This document shows, one piece after another, positions 1 through 7,338 of a DNA stretch of 10,715 nucleotides. The translations under genes and the position numbers were made by a program. The stretch is from Polyangiales bacterium. Lineage in GTDB: Bacteria > Myxococcota_A > Polyangia > Polyangiales > Houyiibacteriaceae. Position 1 is the stretch's first letter. Each line of letters begins with the position of its first letter. The notes beneath the pieces are model-generated. The model did no database searches and was not told the DNA's origin. It saw nothing but the letters and a program-made list of their open reading frames with translations. Location: assembly GCA_045106895.1 (NCBI GenBank), contig JBGCFM010000236.1, positions 1 to 10,715 on the forward strand. The letters are read 5' to 3'.

Positions 1-1599
1 CTCGGATTGGCCGGGTGGTGCAGGCGCAACAGCGAGCTCAATGTCCGTGCCGATCCCTTGAGTGGAGGGCACGGTGGTCGCGAAAATCCAAATGGTGCCT
101 GCGCCGGCTCCCGCCGGCACACTGTAGATGTTGATGGAGCTGACGGAGCTATGCCTTGCCGCCAAGCGGAATAGCCACGCTCTCTCTGCACTCAGGTTTG
201 ACGCGCAGTCAGCTTTGTAGGTGTTCGAACTCGGCAGACAAACATTTCCGCCGCCCCAGTCTCCCCATGACACGTCTGTTGCGTTGGGATTTGCAACGCC
301 GACATCGAAGTGAAGAGTGACTCCGTCCGTGTTGTCAGGGTTCATCGTCGTGTCAGGGAGCGTGGCCTGGTCGTAGACGGCCTGCGCCCGTTGGAAAAAA
401 TTCTCCGTGGCTGGCCCACCGCCCAGCCTCCTTGGGTCACGAAAACTCGACACTAGAGAGAACCCTGTACAGGGGCCGTTGGGACCTCGGTCTGTCGTGT
501 TCATCTCGACAAAGACGTCCTTGTGCAAAGGCTCCGCCCCGAATCGAGCCATCTGCGTGGTGAGGCCACCGTAGCCGTACACCTCCACGTCGTCGCGTAA
601 ACCATCGTGGTCCGTGTCTCGAAGCTGAGCCACGCAGGAAGCGGTTCGACACACGCCGGCGACGCATTCGTCGTCGTTGTCCGAGGGGTCGAAGATGCCG
701 TCGCAGTGGGCGTTCGTGGTGCAGGAGCCTCCATTGATCTGACACTCCGCAAATCGCCCGCCGCAGGTCTGACCCGTCGCGAGCACGTCGGAGACATTGT
801 CGCACGTACCCAGCGCCCCCTCTAACGCGGTCCCTAAGCCATCACCGTCCGCGTCATTGTTGAACCAGTCGTTCTTGAGAAGCCGAACGGCACCCACGTT
901 GGAGGCGCCCCAACCGCCGTAGATGATCTCGCGGTTTCCCGGCGGTATGTACTGGTCTCCGGTGTCGGCTTCGGCGAGTCCGGTGGCGATGTCGCTGCTG
1001 GTACTTAGGAACAGAATGTCGTGGTGGTCCGCCACCATGATCATATGACGGGCGGAGTTTCCCGGCATGTGTGCCGTGGACCAATGTTGGCGGCCCGTAG
1101 CGATGCTCCTCTCCACATGCGCTCCGCCCACCGTCACAATACCGTTGCTTCCGAAGAAGCCGGGGACAGGCCCGCTGGAAGCCATCAATGGGTCATAGGC
1201 GTGGATCTGGGTGTCGGCCGGTGTTTGCGTTCGCCAAGCACGTGCGATGAGGAACGCGCCCTTCGGCGAGTTGGTGTTGTTCGTCCACTGAAAACACGAC
1301 GGCTCCCACTCAAACTGGCCGTTGGGCAAAACGCATCCGTCGGCGCCGGCCAGAGTGTCCTGGTTGGCCCAATCGTAGAGTGTCAGCACAGTGTCCGGAA
1401 ACTGGCCTCCCATGTTGTAGTCGGTCCGAAACTCGAAGGTTGTGTTGGCCGGGATGACGACGTAACCCATCCAAAGTTGGTGGCCGATGGAGTACGTGCT
1501 TTCCACCTGGGCGCTGCCAGCGCTTTGCGCACAAAGCACCCCCGCGAAGACAGCGAGGCGCAATGCGAGCCCGAGCCCGTTTGGTCGAAGACGGTTCAT
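1..1599 (-). CDS. Large secreted protein, 3'-truncated by the window (at least 533 aa): Sec signal peptide, PPC-like beta domain, DxDxDG Ca-binding motifs, Cys-rich segment
   Basis: Absent from the ORF track because there is no stop in the window. Manual translation from ATG 1599-1597 is open to base 1: MNRLRPNGLGLALRLAVFAGVLCAQSAGSA-QVES...DTVLTLYD...DADGDGL (855-835)...8 Cys...DTDHDGLRDDVE (618-583)...GAEPLHKDVFVE...NPDNTDGVTLHFD. The ATG overlaps the upstream TGA (ATGA, 1599-1596). Confidence 0.85.
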   Translation of the reverse strand, partial: MNRLRPNGLGLALRLAVFAGVLCAQSAGSAQVESTYSIGHQLWMGYVVIPANTTFEFRTDYNMGGQFPDTVLTLYDWANQDTLAGADGCVLPNGQFEWEPSCFQWTNNTNSPKGAFLIARAWRTQTPADTQIHAYDPLMASSGPVPGFFGSNGIVTVGGAHVERSIATGRQHWSTAHMPGNSARHMIMVADHHDILFLSTSSDIATGLAEADTGDQYIPPGNREIIYGGWGASNVGAVRLLKNDWFNNDADGDGLGTALEGALGTCDNVSDVLATGQTCGGRFAECQINGGSCTTNAHCDGIFDPSDNDDECVAGVCRTASCVAQLRDTDHDGLRDDVEVYGYGGLTTQMARFGAEPLHKDVFVEMNTTDRGPNGPCTGFSLVSSFRDPRRLGGGPATENFFQRAQAVYDQATLPDTTMNPDNTDGVTLHFDVGVANPNATDVSWGDWGGGNVCLPSSNTYKADCASNLSAERAWLFRLAARHSSVSSINIYSVPAGAGAGTIWIFATTVPSTQGIGTDIELAVAPAPPGQSE

Positions 1600-2199
1600 T
1601 GCTCACCTCGCCGAGGTGGCCACACAAGATCTGCAGGTCGCCCGTTAGCCCGTCGTTCGGTCAGTTCGGCAGCGTGCTGAATCGCGTCCTGCCGCATTTC
1701 TTCCAGCCGCTCCGGCGTTGGCAAGTGTGCGGGGGGGGCAAACATCCTCTGCACGTCTTCTTCCGACGCGCCGGTTTCCCGAAGCGCCCGCATCACTTCT
1801 TGCAGAGACTCCTCAGCGACAGCCTCGCGTGCGTCGTGACTCCGAAACTCTGCGGCGGGCTCCTCCGGCTCAAGGCGAGCAAGCATATCTTCTTGGTCGT
1901 CCGCCAAGTCGTTCATCATCGCTTCACGCATGTCGCGATAGCGTTCTTCGATCTCGCGGCCGGTGTTGATGTCCGCTTCGCGTCCAAGCAATCCGTCGGC
2001 TCGCGACCTCTCATTGGTGAGCTCGTTCGCCAACTCCGCCATTCCTCTCACGCGCGCTTCGGGCGTCGCCCGGGCGCGTACTTCCTCGTAGCGAGAACTC
2101 TCCGAGTGGGAGAGATTCGAGCTACTAACGCCTATCCCCCCCATTTTCAGCACAACCGACGACCATTAGGACCGCAAACAACAACGTAGCGTTCTGCAT
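1596..2199 (-). pseudogene. Acidic, helical hypothetical lipoprotein with a +1 frameshift in a G7 run (real or sequencing error); the track ORF 1596..2153 is its body
   Basis: ATG at 2199-2197, preceded by purine-rich GAAGGGGAAAAG, gives MQNATLLFAVLMVVG-CAENGG (hydrophobic core plus lipobox VVGC). It then reads DRR-stop (TAG 2127-2125). Removing one base from the C7 run at 2136-2142 joins it in frame to IGVSSSNLSHSESS... of the 185-aa ORF, giving 200 aa. Confidence 0.7.
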
Positions 2200-2282
2200 C
2201 TTTTCCCCTTCACACAAGTAGACCTTATGCTCCGAGTTTTGTCGCACCTCGAACTGGGTGTGCCGTGCGCTTTTGTCAGGAG

Positions 2283-3860
2283 CTACTCGGGCTGGTCCTG
2301 AATGAAGTGCTCGCGCGGCCGGTGCGTGGTCCAGCGTTCGAGGACGTCGATGGTCTCTTGGTCGCCGGAGCCGAGGAGCTCGAAGAGGTAGTCCTGGATG
2401 CCCTTGTGGACCTGGCAGAGCGTGGACTCACGCATGCGGCCGAAGAGCGAACCCTGCATCTTGTGCGTGTGCACCGGCGGGATGCCGCAGTAAGGCTGGT
2501 AGGGGCAGTGGACGCAGTCGGGCTGGGTGGAGAGCTGCCCGGCGATGACGACGGCGCGCACAGTCTCGTGGCCGACGATGTCGCGGTAGGAGGTGTTGAA
2601 CACGTCGCCGAGCATGAAGGTGTCGTCGCCCGTCTCGTGGAGCATTCGACCTTCGTCGCAGGTGAACATCTTGCCGTCATAGTTGTAGGCGAGCTGTCCG
2701 ATGCCGGCGCCGCCGGGCTGGCGAATATCGAGGAAGTTCGGGTCTTCGCCGCGGAGAATCTTCGTCAGGAAGATAGCGGCGTAGCGCTCGAGGATTTCCG
2801 CGCCGCCCTTGTTCAGCTCGATCATGTAGTCGACGGCGTTGCGGTAGTACTCAAGGTACTCCTCACGCGGGTACTCAATGCGGTCGCCGGTGCGTTCCGC
2901 GAAACCGAAGGGGTCCAGCGGTCGCAAGAAGAGCGCGCGGCAGCCAAGGGAGAGGTAGGTGTCGACGAGCTCCTTGTGCTTGCTGAGCAAAGGCCGCGTC
3001 GTCGTGACGAGGGCTTCGACGTGATAGAGCGTCTCGTCGAGCTTCATCTCCGCGTAGCGTTTGTTGATCTTCTCGATCCACTCCGACGCCAGCGCGTGGC
3101 CGCTGGCTCCGTACACTTTGGGCAACTTGCGGTGCTTATCGTGAATCTCCGGAGGACCGTCGATGGAGGTGCAAATCTGCACGCGGTTTTCCACCAGGTA
3201 GTCGAGCTTCTCGTCGTCCATGAGCGACAGGTTGCTCACCATGGTGAACTCGAGCTCTTTCTTCGCCGTCTCGTTCTTCGTCCGCGCGTACTCGATGACG
3301 TGTTTGACGATGTCGAAGGCGACGAGGGGTTCGCCGCCCTGAAACTCGATGGTGACGGACGGGTTCGTCGTCTGGAAGATCATGTCGATGCACTTTTCAG
3401 CGATCTCCGGCGTCATGTCCGTGTGCACCGCGTCCATGTTGGCGCGGGAGGCATGGCAGTAGACGCAGGTGGTGTTGCATCGAAGCGTGACGACGAGAAT
3501 GTGCAGGTTCGGCCCGGCGCCGACGAAGTTCCGGCGCGCTTGGAGCATGCGTGCTGCTGCGGGAACGTCGGTGTGAAGGCGCAGGAAGTTCCGCTCTTTC
3601 AGGCGCGCAAAGAGGTCCGCGCTCTCGCCCTTCTCCGTCGCTTCACCCGCGGCGAAGGTCTTAAACTCCGCGTCGGTGAGGACCAGCCAGCGTCCCTCGA
3701 GGTTCGTGATGACGACGCGCTCGTTGTGAAGGCGGCGAAAACGAAAGTACGCCGGCGCGCCTTCGCTCGTGGCATCGGCGAAGCTCACACCGGCCCGGAG
3801 GAGCTCGCCCTCTTTTCCTGTGTTGCCACTATCGCGTGGCGTGACGGCTTGCTCGCTCAT
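2283..3860 (-). CDS. hxsB: His-Xaa-Ser system radical SAM/SPASM maturase HxsB
   Basis: CNTTCVYC (CxxxCxxC, 3479-3456) in LHILVVTLRC...CHAS context; IEFQGGEPL; SIDGP; GAGIGQLAYNYDG..FTCDEGRML; CVHCPYQPYCG; N-terminal FRFRRL...ITNLEG. These match my recollection of HxsB (TIGR03978), and the adjacent HxsD-like genes support the call. Confidence 0.88.
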   Translation of the reverse strand: MSEQAVTPRDSGNTGKEGELLRAGVSFADATSEGAPAYFRFRRLHNERVVITNLEGRWLVLTDAEFKTFAAGEATEKGESADLFARLKERNFLRLHTDVPAAARMLQARRNFVGAGPNLHILVVTLRCNTTCVYCHASRANMDAVHTDMTPEIAEKCIDMIFQTTNPSVTIEFQGGEPLVAFDIVKHVIEYARTKNETAKKELEFTMVSNLSLMDDEKLDYLVENRVQICTSIDGPPEIHDKHRKLPKVYGASGHALASEWIEKINKRYAEMKLDETLYHVEALVTTTRPLLSKHKELVDTYLSLGCRALFLRPLDPFGFAERTGDRIEYPREEYLEYYRNAVDYMIELNKGGAEILERYAAIFLTKILRGEDPNFLDIRQPGGAGIGQLAYNYDGKMFTCDEGRMLHETGDDTFMLGDVFNTSYRDIVGHETVRAVVIAGQLSTQPDCVHCPYQPYCGIPPVHTHKMQGSLFGRMRESTLCQVHKGIQDYLFELLGSGDQETIDVLERWTTHRPREHFIQDQPE

Positions 3861-4177
3861 GAGGAACCTTCTTCTTTCTCGGCGGGCTCTTTGTCGACGG
3901 CTGGCTCGGCGCTCTTGGCGGCGCCTTCCTCGGCGGCGCCTTCCTCGGCGGCGCTTTCTTTGGCAGCGATGCCGTGGCGCACGACGAGGCCCAGGGCGTA
4001 GTTGCCGAGCTCGCCTTCGAGGCGCTTCTCTCGCTCCGGCGTCGACGCGCTCACGTCGATGCGCCAGTGGGTGTCTTCGTCGGCACGCTCAAAGGTGCCG
4101 AAGCGCTCATAGACTTTGACAGCGGCGTCGACCTGCTCGCCGGGGTAGACCGCCTTCGGAAAACGAAGCGTCCTCAC
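3857..4177 (-). CDS. HxsD-like small protein with Ala/Glu/Lys low-complexity tail
   Basis: GTG start overlaps the hxsD stop (GTGA 4177-4174), and its stop overlaps the hxsB start (ATGA 3860-3857). F...VY...V..A...Y and GELGNYAL parallel VY...AVY.A and GEFANELL of the neighbouring HxsD. Confidence 0.75.
   Translation of the reverse strand: MRTLRFPKAVYPGEQVDAAVKVYERFGTFERADEDTHWRIDVSASTPEREKRLEGELGNYALGLVVRHGIAAKESAAEEGAAEEGAAKSAEPAVDKEPAEKEEGSS
3917..3961. repeat. 15-nt tandem repeat GGCGGCGCCTTCCTC (two perfect copies plus one degenerate)
   Basis: Perfect copies at 3917-3931 and 3932-3946, degenerate copy at 3947-3961. Encodes ...SAAEEGAAEEGAA... on the minus strand. Confidence 0.9.
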
Positions 4178-4614
4178 GGCGTCTTCTTCCCGTACTTTTC
4201 TTCCCAGCTCATGGCGATGCCGAGGGGGTCTTCGAAGGGCTCGTCGCTGAAGTCGAAGTCTTCCAGCTCGTCAAGACTCGGTGGGCCCATGGCGCCGCCG
4301 ATGGCCTGAAGCGTGATGGCTTCGACGGTGGCGCGGTTCGCTTCGGCGAGCTTTTCGCGGTACGCGCAGGCCAACAGCTCGTTGGCGAACTCACCGACGA
4401 GGACGTTGAGGACCTCGGCGCCGGCGTCGCCCTTCTTGGGCCGAAGGCTCACCTGGAAACCGCCCTCACGTTCTCCGATGAAGACGTAGGCGCGGTCGAG
4501 AAATGTGAAGCACGCGCCGTAGACGGCGCTGAGTGGGTACACCGCGTCGTCGACGGCAAAGTGGACCACACCATCAGCCAGATCGTGGCTCACGCCATCA
4601 GGAGAGTTGCTCAT
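4174..4614 (-). CDS. hxsD: His-Xaa-Ser system protein HxsD with acidic C-terminal extension
   Basis: VDDAVYPLSAVYGACFTFLDRAYVFI...VSLRPK...GEFANELLACAYREKL resembles HxsD (TIGR03976). Start placed at ATG 4614 (MSNSPDG) rather than 4650 because a TANNNT motif lies 7 nt upstream of it. Confidence 0.8.
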   Translation of the reverse strand: MSNSPDGVSHDLADGVVHFAVDDAVYPLSAVYGACFTFLDRAYVFIGEREGGFQVSLRPKKGDAGAEVLNVLVGEFANELLACAYREKLAEANRATVEAITLQAIGGAMGPPSLDELEDFDFSDEPFEDPLGIAMSWEEKYGKKTP

Positions 4615-4621
4615 GGGGCGC

Positions 4622-4627
4622 AAGATA
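4622..4627 (-). promoter_or_regulatory. Putative -10 element TATCTT (leaderless-type promoter of hxsD)
   Basis: TATCTT-GCGCCCC-ATG(4614), with no Shine-Dalgarno in the spacer. Confidence 0.5.
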
Positions 4628-4687
4628 CACCCTTCCCGACTCAGGGGCATTTCCCATTTTGAGGCGCACCTTGATCCTCGCCTTCAC

Positions 4688-6469
4688 CTAACGAGGAGGG
4701 CGTGACGCTTGGACAACCCACTGATTTGAGCGTCCTGGCTCGATGGACCACTCTTCGTCGACGACAAAGCCTGACTTCTGGATCGCCCGTCGGGCCAATT
4801 GGCTGTCGTCGTTGCGGTAATGCTCGAGTTCGGCCCTCGAGGATTCCGCGCGCGAGGTGTGGGCCTTGGTGCGAGCGAGGCCGAAAGCGACGTTGTCCAC
4901 GACGATCAATCGGCCGCCCGGCTTGAGCGCGGCGCGCGCATTTTCCAATGCTCTGCCGGGGTCGCGGAGGTGGTTCCAGCTGCGCAAGAAAAGCAGAACG
5001 TCGACACTGCCCGCGGGGCGGCAGAGCGCTTCTGCTTCGCCGACCACGAAGCGGGCCCAGGGCCGGGCGCTGCCCAAGGCCTGGATGCGCTCTCCGTCGG
5101 GGTCGATGCCGAGGTACGAAAGTGTGCCGGCTTTGGCCGCCTCGGCGAACTCGTCCACGTAGGGGCTCTCGCCACATCCGACGTCGACGACTTGGCCACG
5201 TGCTGCGCGAAGAAGCACCCGCAGTCGCTCGTCGTCGCGGGCGAAGACCGGCTCCATCGTCGCTTCGAACATGCCCGTGCAGGTGTTCTCGTGTTCGCAT
5301 CCGGAGCAGTCCTCGGCGCGCTTGAGCTGCACGAGGTCCTTGGCGAAGTCGTCCGGCGCGTCCTTCCGGGAGACGTCGTAGTAGACCTGACCTTCGACGT
5401 GTTTTGTGTGCTCGATCTCCGCGTCGGAGAAGTCGCGGGACGAAGCCCGGAACCACGCAAGGCGCCCCTGGTGGCGGACGAAGAGATCCCGCGCTGTGTC
5501 CCAAGGCGCGATGCCAAGGGGCCCGTCCTTGAGGAGGCAGCCGTCGGCGCCGTCGTAGCGACGCTCGAAGACGTAGTTGAAGGAGTTGGAGCGTTGACCG
5601 CTCTGCACAGGCGCGATCTCTTCGGCACCGAACTCGTCGAAGTAGCCTTTGTAGAGGCCCGGGCACGCGCCGCGGTGAACGCATCCGTCGCAGGCCGGCT
5701 GGAGCTTGTTGCGATCGTCGACGGGGAAGAGGTCCGGCTCGCCGATCTCGCTCATGGTGCGAAACTGGTGCGTCTTGAGATCATCGAAGCGGTCTTCGAG
5801 ACCGGGAACGAGACAAAACGGAATGGCTCCGTGTTGAACCCGGCGGCCGATCTCGTCGCCGTAGCGAAGCGCGTCCGCCACGTAGCCCGCAACATCTTTG
5901 ACGCGGGGCATGAGGCGCGCGAAGAGCTTGTCGCCGCCGCCCTTCGGCTCGACCATCGAAAACTTGAGCTGGGCGTCGGGGTACGGCTCGAGCGAATCGA
6001 TGACGCCGCGGAGGTGTTTCATGTTGTGCTTCGTCACGACGCAGTTGACGTGCAGGTCGATGCCGCGGCCGCTGAGGTTGGCGAGGCTCCCGTAAGTCTC
6101 CTCGAAGGCCTTACTTCGCACCATCAAATCGTGGACCTTCGCGGTGCCTCCATGGAGCGAGAGGTAGACGTAGCGCAGGCGGTGCTCGAGGAGCGTTTCG
6201 ACGAGCTCCGGGTACGCGAGCATTCGGCCGTTCGTGACGAGACCGAAGTCCATGTCCAAGCTGGCGCTGAGCTCGGCCCACGCCACGAGCTCCGGGCGAA
6301 TGGTGGGCTCGCCGCCGCTCAGGACGATCATCGAGTGACCCAGCTCTTTGGCGCGGTGGATCTTCTCGCGGACCTCCGCCGCCTCCCCGTCGATGTGGCG
6401 TACATCGAGGGTGTGGCAGAAAGCGCAGTGGTCGTTACACCCGTAACCCACCTTGATCAGCGCCTTCAC
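4688..6469 (-). CDS. HxsC-like radical SAM protein with two CxxCx5CxG motifs, fused to a C-terminal class I SAM-dependent methyltransferase
   Basis: CNDHCAFC at residues 11-18; SGGEPT, VTNGRML, SLHG, IPFC; CDGCVHRGACPG (5692-5657); CSGCEHENTCTG (5308-5273); methyltransferase motifs VVDVGCGE, YLGIDP, SVDVLL..SWNH and LKPGGRLIVVD. GTG start. Confidence 0.88.
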   Translation of the reverse strand: MKALIKVGYGCNDHCAFCHTLDVRHIDGEAAEVREKIHRAKELGHSMIVLSGGEPTIRPELVAWAELSASLDMDFGLVTNGRMLAYPELVETLLEHRLRYVYLSLHGGTAKVHDLMVRSKAFEETYGSLANLSGRGIDLHVNCVVTKHNMKHLRGVIDSLEPYPDAQLKFSMVEPKGGGDKLFARLMPRVKDVAGYVADALRYGDEIGRRVQHGAIPFCLVPGLEDRFDDLKTHQFRTMSEIGEPDLFPVDDRNKLQPACDGCVHRGACPGLYKGYFDEFGAEEIAPVQSGQRSNSFNYVFERRYDGADGCLLKDGPLGIAPWDTARDLFVRHQGRLAWFRASSRDFSDAEIEHTKHVEGQVYYDVSRKDAPDDFAKDLVQLKRAEDCSGCEHENTCTGMFEATMEPVFARDDERLRVLLRAARGQVVDVGCGESPYVDEFAEAAKAGTLSYLGIDPDGERIQALGSARPWARFVVGEAEALCRPAGSVDVLLFLRSWNHLRDPGRALENARAALKPGGRLIVVDNVAFGLARTKAHTSRAESSRAELEHYRNDDSQLARRAIQKSGFVVDEEWSIEPGRSNQWVVQASRPPR

Positions 6470-6475
6470 GAGGGG

Positions 6476-6484
6476 ACCTTAGCA
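6476..6484 (-). promoter_or_regulatory. Putative extended -10 element TGC-TAAGGT (leaderless-type)
   Basis: TGn-TAAGGT-CCCCTC-GTG(6469), with no Shine-Dalgarno in the spacer. Confidence 0.5.
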
Positions 6485-6564
6485 CTCATCAACGACAACC
6501 ACCCCCGTATCTGAGACACGAGGGCGGCGGAAAGAACGCGGAAGCGTGATGCTTGGTTGGGAGC

Positions 6565-7248
6565 TCAGCCCTTGGAGAGCAAACGGCCGAGGCTCGGAAG
6601 CAGGAGATGCTGCCGAACGCTTCGTGCGGCACCGGAGACGCCGGTGGGGAGCGCGCGGAAAGCGACCTCGAGGTGGCCGGTGTCCGTCTCGACGTTCCGA
6701 AGAGTCACGAAGGAAGTGAGCACAGCGACGGCGGCGCGAACCAAGGGGTTGTTGCCGATGCGTGGGTCACGCATGAGGTCGAGGGTGATGCGGTTTTCTT
6801 TCGCATCCGCGATGACCGGCGAGCGTGAAGGCATGTAGCCGATGAGCGTACCTGGGTTGCTCAGATCGAGGGCTCCGCTCTTGATGAGCGCGGCGACGGG
6901 CGTCTCGGCGGCGCCGTTGAGCTTCAAAGAGATCTCCTCGAGACGAAGCGCCACGGTGAGCTCCTCGTCGTTGAAGACGATTCGATCCACGAAGACGATG
7001 GCTCCGGCCCGAATCGGGGTGCTCATCAGGTCGATGCTGGCGCCGACGCGGATGCCCGGAGGGTTTGCGTCGATGTTGAGGTCTTCGACTTTGCCGCTTC
7101 GCTCCGCTTGCTCACCGAGCCAGCGAAGGGCTGCGAGGGGAACACCCACGCGAAGACCGAAAGCGTTGCGGACAGCTCGTCCGATTTCCGATGGGTTGGA
7201 GCGAAGGTATCCGCTTGCTGCACCCAGAGCACGTTGCGCCAATGACAT
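6565..7248 (-). CDS. Hypothetical protein (about 227 aa) with a beta-strand-rich core
   Basis: Fills the gap between same-strand genes and has normal protein composition. Start placed at ATG 7248 (MSLAQRAL); 7260 and 7311 are alternatives. No family recognised. Confidence 0.75.
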   Translation of the reverse strand: MSLAQRALGAASGYLRSNPSEIGRAVRNAFGLRVGVPLAALRWLGEQAERSGKVEDLNIDANPPGIRVGASIDLMSTPIRAGAIVFVDRIVFNDEELTVALRLEEISLKLNGAAETPVAALIKSGALDLSNPGTLIGYMPSRSPVIADAKENRITLDLMRDPRIGNNPLVRAAVAVLTSFVTLRNVETDTGHLEVAFRALPTGVSGAARSVRQHLLLPSLGRLLSKG

Positions 7249-7255
7249 GGGGAGC

Positions 7256-7261
7256 AGCATA
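7256..7261 (-). promoter_or_regulatory. Putative -10 element TATGCT (leaderless-type)
   Basis: TATGCT-GCTCCCC-ATG(7248). Confidence 0.5.
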
Positions 7262-7338
7262 CGCAGGGCAGCGCCGAAAGGACTAGGACAAAATACGCTG
7301 GGGTGCCTCAACCCCCTCCAAACAAAGGGCGAAGCCTC

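Noticed and set aside
437..1680. Short track ORFs on both strands (437..805, 501..797, 607..825, 854..1084, 1021..1680, 1310..1627)
   Set aside because: They are alternative-frame or antisense shadows of the open minus-strand frame 1599..1, which has a signal peptide and recognisable motifs.
2265..4001. 578-aa plus-strand ORF
   Set aside because: Antisense shadow of hxsB, expected with high-GC codon bias; no motifs.
4641..6514. ORFs 4799..6514 (+), 4641..5684 (-) and 4906..5628 (-)
   Set aside because: They overlap the motif-rich rSAM-methyltransferase and have the Arg-, Ser/Thr- or Val-rich composition typical of off-frame readings.
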